DNA of 36,932 nucleotides from Octopus bimaculoides (GCF_001194135.2 NC_068982.1:182756501-182793432); one strand, 5' to 3'. Counted from the stretch's first letter, positions 11,171 through 23,130 are shown. The notes: a model not told the origin generated them from the sequence alone. Made by a program: numbers and translations.

Positions 11171-11777
11171 CAATCAGTTGTATTCTGACACATGATGTTA
11201 CTTTATTTACCTCTCAAATTATTATGTAGGATCATAACTTTTAGCGTCAAACCGAAGAAATTTGAACAAGTTTAACCTTGATGATATATGTTCTATTATT
11301 CTATTGTAATATAATTATTTACATCACTAGTTGGCCCACTGATGATGCAAAACAGAAAGAATGTTAATGAAAACGTTCCTGCTATCTTCTCAGATTATTC
11401 CAAATCTTATAAATTTAAGATTATGTGATCAAATACTAGAGCTGCTAAATGGCTACTTGACTCCCAAAAACTTCAGGCGAAATTTCTGCCTTATAATTTT
11501 TCTGATTGAATGTATTGTAATTCGAGCTAAGAGAAATATGTAAAGCAAATTTGCTAAACTTTCGTAACGGGTTCTATATAACTTCCAATATAAACTACAA
11601 TTACATAACACTAAACTACATTGGTAGAATTTTCCGACCGCAAATGTTTGCAAAGAATTATTTATATTCACTGAAGGGAATATCTTAACTACTTGTAAAT
11701 GTGCATTTGTGAATAATATATCATTATAGTGAAATTGTATACTCACAAACACACATATGAATGCGTATATGCGCTAA

Positions 11778-11847
<70 letters not shown>
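11778..11847. repeat. (AGAT)n microsatellite
   Basis: Directly visible. Confidence 0.97.
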
Positions 11848-12099
11848 GTTTACATATATGTATACAGGTCTACGTGTGTAGGCATATTTTAGTGAGCATA
11901 TACTACTCAATGGAAATCTACGTTAGTCAAATGCAATGTAAACCTCTGATAATGTTAGTTATTAGTGGAGATGTTTGCATAATTCAGTAAATGCAAATAT
12001 GTGCGGTAATATATGTAAATGTACTCACATCTATGTTTCTTTCTCCATTTCGAAATCTCACTCCGTCTCACTCTTTATTTGTCTATCGTCATGGTCTTG

Positions 12100-12125
12100 T
12101 ATATACATAGACACACACACACACA

Positions 12126-12172
<47 letters not shown>

Positions 12173-12260
12173 ATATATCCATGTATACGTGTATATATGT
12201 ATATCTGTATGTATGTGTGTGACCGGGTTTGTATTTATATGTGTACGTGTGTGTTAATGT
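12100..12260. repeat. Compound AC/AT/GT microsatellite
   Basis: Directly visible. Confidence 0.9.
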
Positions 12261-12739
12261 TTGAGTGTATCTATGTATATAAGCATAAGGTGCGTATGAT
12301 TTATTGTGTATAGATATTTGTTTTTCGATTAACTTATTTGAATTTGGGATCTAAATTTTCGTTTCATTGAAATCCACTATGTGCAAGTAGCGGCTGCATC
12401 CTTCTTATTGGCTTAGTACACATACATATTTGAGTAATTATATGCGCACAGTCATCCATACGCAAACGCACGCGAACGTAGGTATACATATGAGCATACA
12501 TATATATGTACAGACTAAAATTAATGAATGAATTTATTAGCATATAATCAAATGCAAAGCACATTCATATACATGCTTGCACAAATTTCCACAACCAACT
12601 ATTGGGTGCACTTAATTATCAGTATATTTCTCTATTCAAGCCACTTTAAAGGTTTTATTTCTGTGAACTCCTCAATGGCACATAAAATGTTAAAAGAAGA
12701 AATGAATAACTGCAGTTATTCTTGCCATATGTACGAAAC

Positions 12740-13685
12740 AGAGCAATTCAGAAATTATCAGTCCTCTGCATGTTGCAAGATTTTTGTGCACCAAGTTCAA
12801 TTGCAGCTGGAAGCATCTGGCAGGATTGTTTAAATTGTATCAAAGAGAGAAACACTCTCTAAGTATTCGGAAGATACCTCAAGTCTTCCATCGAGTTCAG
12901 AACATTATCAATGGTAATCCAGTAAATCAATGAAATCAATCACCAAAGAACTTCACGTGTCGGAAGAAATGATGCTCGACTATATTCATGGCAAATTGTA
13001 CATGCTAAGGAGAAATTAATTCATGTCTGCAAAGACATTGGAAAACCGATTGATCCCTACTCCTGCTCAGCAGTTAACAAGGTTAAAATATGGCTTGCAT
13101 CGGTTATTCTCTTCCGAGAAAATCTTCGGCCAGAACCAAAAGTCCAATATGAGAAATAACAGATGGTTATAGACAGATCCAGCTGATGTCTACAGACTGA
13201 TTCATACTAAGTGTCCAGCAGCAATGATGTTTTTAAGAATGAGGAGAAACGAAGACTATGTCATGCACCATCAACTCCCTCCTCTGCCTGAAGTGTATCA
13301 GAATTAATGTTGCTGTATACGTTGAAGTGGTAGAGATAGTTGGATAGGTGAAGTATGAAGTGGAAGTCCATGCGTGTTTCATGAATGCTCAACACCTTTC
13401 TTGCGAAGCCCACGTAATCCAAAAATGGACGTCAAAATTGTTTACAATCATGTAATGCTAAACATTTCTCCAAACTCGTCAGACGTAAATCCGCTGGACA
13501 ACTGTATTTACAGTGTTGTTCCAGGAGAGACTGTCAGACAGCCTCCAAATACAATAGATTCACTGAAGGCTGTCATTGTTCACGTGATGTAAGAGATGAA
13601 TAAGTACCATTTACGGTAGGCTTGTCAACGTTTCTGGTGCCGAATGGAAGTTGTCATCAAAGGTGGAGGTGGATTCATTCGATAA
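12740..13685 (+). mobile_element. Tc1/mariner transposase pseudogene, DD37D/maT-like
   Basis: HTH region I.GNP-SMKSITKELHVSE. From 13101: RLFSSEKIFGQNQKSNMRNNRWL*TDPADV...HTKCPAAMMFL (cf. FFSDEKNF.QDQK.NRRNDRWL...HTKFPA.VMV). Then SPNSSDVNPLDNCIYSVV (cf. WPPNSPDLNPLDY) and PNTIDSLKAVI...ACQRFWCRMEVVIKGGGGFI. Multiple stops; the first catalytic D is mutated; TIRs not found. Confidence 0.9.
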
Positions 13686-13962
13686 TCTTTTAAGAAAGCT
13701 TACATTTTCATATCTGCATATGAGTAAATATATACTGAATAATCTTGTTTCTTTATCAACAGCACGATAAAGAATAAACGTGTGTTGCGCACAAACATAT
13801 ATAAATGTATATATATATATTATTACAAATAAAAGGGTAAAGGATTATCAATTTATTAATTTATTAATAAAGTAATAATTAATAATTTCTACCAAGCCCT
13901 CCGGTATGTAAACACCATTATCGGTGAAGAACTTATTTAAAAGTTCTTATACATTTATAAAC

Positions 13963-14099
13963 ATAATTAAGGGATCAGCAACAGTTGCTTCACCACATAC
14001 CGAAGTTCAGAAATAGCAGCTTTATCACTAATAGCACTCTAGCTGCTATTTCTGAACTTCGGTATGTGGTGAAGCAACTGTTGCTGAATCCTTAATTAT
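13963..14099. repeat. Long inverted repeat (59-bp arms, 19-nt loop) abutting an assembly gap
   Basis: 13963-14021 is the reverse complement of 14041-14099 with 2 mismatches; loop TTATCACTAATAGCACTCT. Confidence 0.95.
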
Positions 14100-14225
14100 N
14101 NNNNNNNNNNNNNNNNNNNNNNNNNNNNNNNNNNNNNNNNNNNNNNNNNNNNNNNNNNNNNNNNNNNNNNNNNNNNNNNNNNNNNNNNNNNNNNNNNNNN
14201 NNNNNNNNNNNNNNNNNNNNNNNNN
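14100..14225. other. Assembly gap (N run)
   Basis: N characters. Confidence 1.
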
Positions 14226-14287
14226 ATGGGTGGGTGTGTGTGTGTGTGTGTGTGTGTGGGTGTGTGTCTGTGTCTGTGTGTCTGTGT

Positions 14288-14345
<58 letters not shown>
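14226..14345. repeat. (GT)n microsatellite at a gap edge
   Basis: Directly visible. Confidence 0.97.
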
Positions 14346-14346
<1 letters not shown>

Positions 14347-14908
14347 GGTACAGGACTTCACCAACAGTAACATGAAATACGAAAGCAAATGAGTTAGATA
14401 CGCTAATAACGAGAAAAAAGGATAAGTAATACAAAGAATGTCACTTCATCAGTTATCAGTGGTCTATCTACTCCCCATTTCGAGCAATCAATGACAATAT
14501 GGGTCTTCGAAGACAGTTGCTCCAATAAATACCAAAATAAACTTTTGGATTTATAGAGTGTCAAAGTTAGCAACAAAATCAGGACAGTGGAGAGATATAG
14601 GGAAACCGGACGAAAGCAAACTTGGAGAGTCGTTAGACCTGAACGAGGGAAAATATTGAACGCTAAGAGAAATATTTTCTTCGAAAAGAGAAAATATAGA
14701 AGAGAAAGAGAGATAGGAGACGTCCAGTCCTTTAACGTCCGTGCAGAAAAGAAAGATGGTCACTCGACGAAAAGAAAGATGGACGTTGGTCACGTATGAG
14801 CAATGAGAGAGAGAGAGAGAAAAAAGAAAAAGGGGAGAGAGACACATAGAAAACGGTAAATGGGAGAGAAAGGGAAGTAGCTATATATATATATATATAT
14901 ATATATAT

Positions 14909-15316
14909 NNNNNNNNNNNNNNNNNNNNNNNNNNNNNNNNNNNNNNNNNNNNNNNNNNNNNNNNNNNNNNNNNNNNNNNNNNNNNNNNNNNNNNNNNNNN
15001 NNNNNNNNNNNNNNNNNNNNNNNNNNNNNNNNNNNNNNNNNNNNNNNNNNNNNNNNNNNNNNNNNNNNNNNNNNNNNNNNNNNNNNNNNNNNNNNNNNNN
15101 NNNNNNNNNNNNNNNNNNNNNNNNNNNNNNNNNNNNNNNNNNNNNNNNNNNNNNNNNNNNNNNNNNNNNNNNNNNNNNNNNNNNNNNNNNNNNNNNNNNN
15201 NNNNNNNNNNNNNNNNNNNNNNNNNNNNNNNNNNNNNNNNNNNNNNNNNNNNNNNNNNNNNNNNNNNNNNNNNNNNNNNNNNNNNNNNNNNNNNNNNNNN
15301 NNNNNNNNNNNNNNNN
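14909..15316. other. Assembly gap (N run)
   Basis: N characters. Confidence 1.
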
Positions 15317-15409
15317 TTATATAATATAAAGATTTTATCCGCTACTTTCATTTTCTATTTAATTTTATGTTCCTTAAGTGAATGTCATACTGTCTTGAAA
15401 TGTTGGCAC

Positions 15410-15612
15410 AGGGACATCAATTTGGAGGAAAGAGTAAATCGGTTACATTGACCCTAGTGCCCAACTAGGCGCAGGCGTAGCTATGTGGTTAGAAACTTAT
15501 CGATCGCGAAAGGAAGAAAGGCTACGTTGACCTCGGCAGAATTTGAACTTAGACAGTAAAAACGGAGGAAATTCAGCTAAGCATTTCGGCCGGCATGCTA
15601 ACGCCTCTGTCA
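15410..15612 (-). mobile_element. SINE family A copy carrying an inserted family B head fragment
   Basis: ACATTGACCCTAGTG.CCAACT ... ATCGATCGCGAAAGGAAGAAAGGC...TTGACCTCGGCAGAATTTGAACT...GCTAAGCATTTCGGCCGGCATGCTAACG matches family A. 15468-15498 is foreign sequence matching 17083-17112. Confidence 0.8.
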
Positions 15613-16104
15613 TCGTAACGCTTTAAAGTGAATGTCATATCAACATCGGTAAATTCGGAGTATCAACCGAATAAAGCAAGAGCTTCTAACAAGTGTATCG
15701 ACACGCGTACTTACAAACACACGCTCCCGCACAAACATGTACGAGCATATGGACTTTCGAAATTTATGTATTGATTTCTTTATATATGTTTATGGGCGTG
15801 CATGTATGACTGTGTCTATGGATTGGGGTTGAGTGAGATAAGCAGCGAAATGTGTTATATATTTTAATATATGGTGTAGACCGTTCTTAAAGTGAGCAAG
15901 CAAATCTATTAACAAAAACAATCTAGTCATGACCAAGATATATTTTGTTGCTGTCGTTATATGTTTAAAGATGATGTCTCTAGGAAAACAGTTTTTAATG
16001 AATACTTGTGATGTGCCATTCAAGAAATATTTGGCTGGTATTTTTCGATCAATATGATTTCAGTTTTACGTACAATACATTGACGGTAAGGTATTAGTCA
16101 GTAT

Positions 16105-16240
16105 CATAGTTCTCAGTAGTTGACTGGTACTTTATTCTGTCTATCTAAAAAGGAAGCAAGGCAAAATTACCTCGGTAGGATTTGAACTCAGAACGTAAAA
16201 TCGGGCTAAATAGCGCAATTTTAAGATTCTGACAATCCTT
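16105..16240 (-). mobile_element. Degenerate SINE family A copy
   Basis: TGACTGGTACTTTATT...AAAGGAAGCAAGGCAAAATTACCTCGGTAGGATTTGAACTCAGAACGTAAA aligns with the other copies. Confidence 0.7.
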
Positions 16241-16358
16241 GTTCATTGAATTGGTATATATGCAGTTCTTGTCTGAGATTGTTGTTTTGCACACCTTCTT
16301 TGGATATGCTTTGTCTGTATTCACCGTTATGTATGCACTCAGTCGAAGATCGTCTGAC

Positions 16359-16434
16359 ACAGACACACAAGTCGTACAGACACACAAGTCGTACAGACAC
16401 ACAAGTCGTACAGACACACAAGTCGTACAGACAC
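16359..16434. repeat. Minisatellite (ACAGACACACAAGTCGT)x4.5
   Basis: Four perfect 17-bp units (16359-16426) plus a partial unit, running into (AC)n. Confidence 0.95.
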
Positions 16435-16687
16435 GCACACACACACACACACACACACAAGCACACACACAAATGCGCTCAAGCACACATATATATATAC
16501 ATATACAACCCGTTGACTCACCAAAACTTCGAAGTCACAGTCACTACTATTCTTGTTAAAGAATACTAAATTTAAAATCTAACAAACGCATTGAAAAACG
16601 TTCCAAATTAACGTACAGCTTTTTATTATATCATAAAAGCAAACATTAATATATATATGTATACATATATATATATATATATATATA

Positions 16688-17070
16688 NNNNNNNNNNNNN
16701 NNNNNNNNNNNNNNNNNNNNNNNNNNNNNNNNNNNNNNNNNNNNNNNNNNNNNNNNNNNNNNNNNNNNNNNNNNNNNNNNNNNNNNNNNNNNNNNNNNNN
16801 NNNNNNNNNNNNNNNNNNNNNNNNNNNNNNNNNNNNNNNNNNNNNNNNNNNNNNNNNNNNNNNNNNNNNNNNNNNNNNNNNNNNNNNNNNNNNNNNNNNN
16901 NNNNNNNNNNNNNNNNNNNNNNNNNNNNNNNNNNNNNNNNNNNNNNNNNNNNNNNNNNNNNNNNNNNNNNNNNNNNNNNNNNNNNNNNNNNNNNNNNNNN
17001 NNNNNNNNNNNNNNNNNNNNNNNNNNNNNNNNNNNNNNNNNNNNNNNNNNNNNNNNNNNNNNNNNNNNNN
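16688..17070. other. Assembly gap (N run)
   Basis: N characters. Confidence 1.
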
Positions 17071-17082
17071 TATATATATATA

Positions 17083-17231
17083 GGCACAGGCGTAGCTGTG
17101 TGGTTAGAAACTTGTTTCCCAATCACATGATTCCGGGTTCACTTCCACTGTGTGAAATCTACTATAGCCTCGGGCCGCCTAAAGCCTTCTGAGTGGATTT
17201 GGTAGACGGAAACTGCAAGAAGCCCATCGTG

Positions 17232-17263
<32 letters not shown>

Positions 17264-17474
17264 CTTGACCTCCCCCACCGCTTGAAAAACACTGTTGGTA
17301 TGTTTATGTCACCGTAACCTAGCAGTTCGGCAAAATCGATCGATATAATAAGTACCAGTCTTAAAAAGAAAAAGTACTGGTGTCGATACATTCGACTATA
17401 AATTCTTGAAGGCGGTGCCCCAGCATGGCCGCAGTCTAATGACTGAAACGAGTAAGAGATAAAAGGTAAAAGAT
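17083..17474 (+). mobile_element. Composite tRNA-derived SINE (family B): Pol III head, internal AT/GT microsatellite, 3' module
   Basis: A-box-like GGCGTAGCTGTGTGGTTAG and B-box-like GGTTCACTTCC (~17136-17146), then a body ending GAAGCCCATCGTG, (AT)n(GT)n, and a 3' module (CGGCAAAA...ATAAGTACCAG.CTTAAAAA...GGCGGTGCCCCAGCATGGCC...GACTGAAAC.AGTAA) also found at 33505-33672. Confidence 0.85.
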
Positions 17475-17655
17475 ATATATATATGTCGATGTATATACAT
17501 ATATGTATGTATATACATCGACATATATATATCTGTGTGGGTGTGTGCGTATGTGTGTACATACATACACACACACATACATACATATATACATACATAC
17601 ACACATACATACATACATACATACATGCATACATACAAGCACGTACGCATACGTA
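17475..17655. repeat. AT / (ACAT)n compound microsatellite
   Basis: Directly visible. Confidence 0.9.
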
Positions 17656-18084
17656 TATCCTACTACCAACCTAAACCTGAACCATTAGTTCGCAGCGTGA
17701 CAAATTCCTGTTAGTATTACATCGATAGTTTTATCAATACTCTATTGGGGTTATAATACCAATATTTTTTATCAATATATGTTTTTTTATCATTAGTTTA
17801 CCATAGTAAATTAGACTCCCAACCATTTTCTAGTTAAAATAATTCCTCTGTAAAAAACACTAACATCTTGCTGTATCGACCAAAACTAACTCTTTGCCAA
17901 TATTTATGAATATTTCATGAAGCAACAGTTTCAATTGCTTTGGTATATTCGGTGCCATTTATAAATGTATTCTGTTTTTTTATTTTATTTACAAATGTGT
18001 TTATGTCTCCTTCCATTTTCTAATTTTTTTTTTCTTTCATTCTGGGTAAATTTATTCCACCATCTTTGTCTGCGTGTGATTATG

Positions 18085-18400
18085 TGCTTATCTATATATA
18101 TGCGTGTATGTGCGTGTGTATGTGTATGTGCCTCTGTGTGTGTGTATGTATGTGTTTGTGCGTGTGTATGTGTATGTGTGAGTGTATGTGTGTGTAAGTA
18201 TCTGTGTATATGAGTGCATACATTAGCTCGAATATAATAATACATCTTTTGAACAAAAATGCGTGATCACTATACACTTGGCTTAGGGAAATTGTAAGTA
18301 GCAATAGGCACAAAGTAGTTCTCTCTCTCTCTGCCCCCTCTCTCTCTCTCTCCCTCTCTCCCCTTCTCTCTCTCATTGTAATATATATATAGAGAGAGAG
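18085..18400. repeat. GT-rich tract followed by a (CT)n/(AT)/(AG) tract
   Basis: GT-rich tract at 18085-18210; CT tract at ~18320-18375. Confidence 0.85.
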
Positions 18401-19194
18401 ACATATGTCTAGCGTTACATATTCCGACTGGTATAGTCTATGTCATAATACCACTATAATACTCGATAAATTGTTAACAATATTAGAGGTACAACGCTAT
18501 ACTTTGTCTTAAATATGGAATAGAGGTGAAAAAAGAGAAATTGGATTAAACCAACATGAAGGATACCGAGTGAGCACTGGGGCAGGTCATGACGGATTGT
18601 GTCGCCAGCAAAGTGCAAGAAATATGGCCTTAGTAATCGTGCAATACTATATCAAAAGTGTAACGAATCTAGATATTATTATGATGAAATGTTTTACTAA
18701 AGGTAAATAATTAAGAAAACACAACATTGTGACAAATCCCGCATGGATTAAATGCATTAAATACATTAAGTTATCGCTTAGATTTTTTCACACATGCTGT
18801 TTGTGCATCCATTTTCTAACAAAATACAAATAACTACATATAAATATTTCATGTTATGATAATGTTTCTTTCTTCATCACAAATCAGTTTGATGGTCAGT
18901 GTAATATGTCTATAGTGATAGGGCGTAACTTCAGCCCTATGTGTGTGTGCGTTTCTGTATGTACACACATGTGTGTATGTGTATTTGTTTTGTATACACC
19001 CGTGCACGAACAGTCACACACACACACGCACACACATACATGCACACGCGCGCGCGCGCACACACACACACAAAAGCGTGTGCGCATACCACAGATATAG
19101 ATAGACAGACAGATAGACAAAGTATTATATAGGTAGATCATCACCATTAAAGACAATATTTTGCGTACTTTAATTTTAGGCTGAATCGACCTTA

Positions 19195-19780
19195 TCTATT
19201 GGTATCTGTCTTCAATTGCTGTGTTCCAGTTGTTCCAAAGTGTAATCTTTTCGTTGCAAGTCCATTTTACAGCCTTGTATCCCAGTTAGCGGTTATCCCA
19301 GTTCCTTGTACCTCCACACTCCTGCAAGTGAAGCATTTATCTCAGAAAACGAGTTTCGATTCTTAAGCTAGCGGAAATTTCCTTGCTCCAATACATTTTT
19401 GATGCAAAAGAAATTGACTTTCTCTAGGATTAGGGTGTTACTAACTTTACCTTCTCATGGGATGGTTACGATTTATACCACGTATTTTATGACATAGCTT
19501 TTCATTATACTTGTTTGTGGTAATCGTTCATGCCCTCCGATCCGTATGACATGGGGCATAATAGTATTGCTCGGTTCCTTTTAAACCTTTTTTGACCCGG
19601 TGACAGAATCTTACTCCAAAATAGTTCTCTAAAACATTCCAGTTTGTGATCTACTTTGTCACTCAATTGAACATAGTCATTAATTGTACTGAACAGATAG
19701 GTAAAGGCAGCTTCTACAAAACAGATTATATCTATTGATAATGGTGATCCTATAGTGTGCCACTTCACTCGAGTTAGCTA
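19195..19780 (-). mobile_element. RTE (BovB-like) LINE 3' RT/thumb relic
   Basis: AFTYLFSTINDYVQLSDKVDHKL (cf. FTYLGSTIS....IDDEI..RI), NRAILLCPMSYGSEG (cf. YRAIVL.TLLYGSETW), GKVSNTLILEKVNFFCIKNVLEQGNFR*L (cf. DKVSNTEVLERA...SIE.ML....LRWLGH) and WNTAIEDR (cf. WE.LA.DR). Confidence 0.75.
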
Positions 19781-20869
19781 GCATTCGGTAGACAAACACA
19801 TCACCTTAATGTTCATTTTTTATTATGTAGTTGCACTCTAAATAGGACAGATACTCGGCGTATCTACTTTTATATGGGAGACAAAACTTTCAATCAGTAA
19901 ATATTAGTTCTCTCACTAACCTGTGTGTGGCTTTGGTTTTAGCTTACAGGGACGACACCTTAAGCAGGTTTTAAAATCAGTGGAATTTTGGAATGTTTCC
20001 GGCATCACTGTCAAATGAAGTGGAAATAACTTCAGTGCTGAGATACAGCCCTGCGTGAGACCAAATGTAATATCATATATTTCTAATTTATGAAGTACTC
20101 TTTGTCTTGAATCAAAGATATGAGTAAATTTGTTAGTGGCTGCCTTGAATTCTGCAAATAAATATCACAGAACATAGATACATATACACATACATACATG
20201 CATTCATGCACACAGATACCACACTTTGAAGAAATTTTTAATTAGAAATAATAGTGATATCTGTTTCAAACTTAAATTACAATGAAAAAACATGACTGGG
20301 ATACGGCAATGATATGAACAGAAGAACCAAAGAAAAATTACATCGAGAAAGGTAAACAGAACTTTTTACTGTAGTTATAAAAAGGGAAACTATAAAACGC
20401 AATTTTCTTCGAGTAATGAACTCAATAATGACTGATTTAATTGCTATGAAAAAGCTCCCTCTGTTGGCCATATAAATAGAATGAAAATATACTGATATGA
20501 ACTTCGCCCACAGCTAAATTATCTCACAACAAATCCATTACATCAACAAGAAATATTTATTGAACGCCTGAGGATGGCTGCTGATTATAATTTTATTCTG
20601 AAAATCTTGAATGTAACTTTATTCCCCAAAGTGTTTACACTGCGCAAATAACGTTACACGAACGTTCTCGTAAAACAAACCTGCCTGAAACAACGTTGAC
20701 ACCGCTTGTCAAAACAGCCCCGTTTTTACTACTGCTATATGACCTTGCAGTCAGGGTGACCTTTCATATGAAAGTGTCAGCAGTGTTGTAGCAACAGTGA
20801 TGATCGTAAATGTGCTACGAAATTAAATGTATTCTCATTGAAAGGTTTCGAAAACGGTTTTTCTCCGTT

Positions 20870-21290
20870 TATAAACATCCCGCATCAAGGAGAGCCATTT
20901 TTTTTCTAGCATTAATAAGACGCCAACAGAGCTAATGCTAACGAGAATTAACAACAGTGATGACACTTCATTTTCGCTAATTAATGCTTGTTTATATGCT
21001 CTCTTGATAACAATAAAACGGCACCTTGGAGATACCAAGGAAGTAGATAACAGCAAAACAATAAATAAGTGACATAATGGATTTAGACAACGGAAAACAA
21101 CATCGTTAATGTACGGAAGGTTAACCACTATGTGACGGTGCTCATCAAATTTAAACAAACAACTATATGCCTTAACGGAAAAAAGGGAGAAATAAAATAG
21201 AAACACTGTTCGGACATAGCAAAAGGAAACAATTTAGTAAGAACAGATCAACTTCAAACAGGAGTGAAAAACTATGAACAAAAAACTTCG
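20870..21290 (+). mobile_element. Degenerate non-LTR (RTE-like) RT fragment
   Basis: INKTPTELML...SLINACL (cf. DGI..ELL...L.NACL), LGDTKEVDN (cf. KGD..D..NYR), HNGFRQRKTT (cf. Q.GFR.GRST) and FKQE/TGVK near 21255. Confidence 0.5.
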
Positions 21291-21789
21291 GCATCGGAAG
21301 AGAGTTAACTGAAAGAAGAAAAAGGATTACCAAGTAATTTTAATCGATAACCAGTTTACAGCGGTATGGAGGGACAATCAATAAATGACATAGGGGTTTT
21401 CTCAAGAAGATACAAATTTATTCTGGTCTAAAATATAGAATGAAGAAAAGAAGTTTCAATAGTATGTTGGTGGCTAAAAATAATCGAAATAAGAATTGTT
21501 CTGTGTTACGCGAACGGCATAGTGTATCAATGATTGTTTTCTTCGAGCTGTGGCACTAAAACGACGAGGTAAAAACCACCAGAAAGTGAGTTTGTTAATG
21601 GCTGCTGGTATAAAAACGAAACTGATACATCGATTATCTTTTTTTTTTACAATCAAGTTCTCGATAGTTATATTAACATAACAAGTTGGTTGATGTTAAC
21701 AGAAAAAAAATTATGCCAAACCAAAGCTACACTTATGCAGAAAGACTACTACTAGTTGCAAGGCAAACTCTAATTTATATGGTGTAAAT

Positions 21790-23130
21790 GCCATGACTAA
21801 ATCTATTCCTTTCGTATCTTTGTCAAACTCACATTTGAAGAAACTCACATTTGAAGAAACAACTGTGTGGAAAGATTACCAAAAAACAAAACAACTCCGG
21901 ATGCTAATGTTCTTCGTCTTACTATGCTCCAAAGACTCAATGTCTCATGCCATAGCCAACTTCAGTTTATCTTGGTTCTCTTTCTAAAGTTAAATTCAAA
22001 AGATGAGATGATTCCGATGTCCTCTTCAGTATAGCAGGGGTATATGCCAATGAAACAATCTCTCTGTGACGTTATTCATACTTTCAATAAACCCATTGTT
22101 TGTTCGTGAAGGAATTTGAATGATATGCATTGGGTCACAGAAAGGCAACCACCCTGGCATTTTGCTTGCTTTGTTGTGAAGAGTCTGAGAGTATATGCCA
22201 AGAATATGATTGGTATGATGAAAGGCCTTGATCCGATTGCAATATTTTCATGGTGTATAAAGATGTCGATTGGTCAGAAAAAATGTTTAAGCAGGAAATA
22301 AAACGAAACAAAAACTACAAAGTAATCTAACAACATCTCCGTAAATGGTCTGAGGATTTCACCGATATTTTATGAGGAACGCCACAGGTAATTACGGAAG
22401 GATAAACACTTTTAACAAGAAGCGCGTAAGGAATATAACACTCTCGAATAAAATCATGTTTCCTAGAATTTATAACATATATCAGTCGCTCACAATGTGT
22501 TAGCAATAATAATACTCATTCTAACATTTGGACTACTCGATCACATGTTAGAAGAAATAAGGATCTTTAATGCTAAAACTCCAAAATATTAACCAACACC
22601 AGAAACTTCCACTTCGATAGTAAAATAAACTGCTTTAATGCAAACGAAATCAAAGACGCAAACATTTAGTATTGATTCAACAGCCTTTGAACATCACCTC
22701 ATGTCCCTTCAACAACACCAACGAGTACCAGTCACCAGGTGTTGAAGTGAATTCATAGATCAAATCTATAAACATCGGCATTTTTGCAACATGAGCACTG
22801 CAAAGAAAATCCTTGTGAAATATTCTCTGATTGATAAACATGGATTGCAATAGGTCATCAGATGAAAGTTTGCATGAATATCATACAGAAGGATTCGCAT
22901 AAATGTGTCGTGAGAAAACTTCCAAGTTATTGTGACATACGCTGTGATTATCTTTGCGATCGATCTTGAACTAACAGCCGCGATATTAGCTGATGCACGA
23001 AAAGACGCAGTTTAAAAACATCGATCTGGTAATCGCTGCAGAATACATGGAATTAACACTAAGCATGTAAACCAAATCGTATGTAGTTGTTCGAATATTT
23101 TTTGAGGTAGAACGTAGGACAAGGCAATGC
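21790..23130 (+). mobile_element. R4/Dong-like (RLE-type) non-LTR retrotransposon relic: RT plus CCHC knuckle
   Basis: VWKDYQK (cf. AWIDY.KAFDS), AGVYANETIS then LFILSINPL (cf. RGIFQGDSLSPLLF.LA.NPL), FVVKSLRVYAKN...IFSWCIKMSIGQKKC (cf. FMDDLKLYAKN...IFS.DI.M.FGLDKC), ILTFGLLDHMLEEI (cf. VLTYSFG.I.W...EL) and CRIHGINTKHVNQIVCSC (~23037; cf. CRLCG...ETIDHI.SGC). Confidence 0.75.

Noticed and set aside
11340-11750. Coding-like stretch containing LNVL*FELREI, reminiscent of hAT VFELREEI
   Set aside because: A single short match with no supporting motifs in order.
14551-14847. K/R/E-rich ORF (14587-14799) and its antisense ORF
   Set aside because: Purine-rich low complexity; GRKQTWRVV suggests at most an RTE 3' remnant (cf. 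GRPKxTWRRTV).
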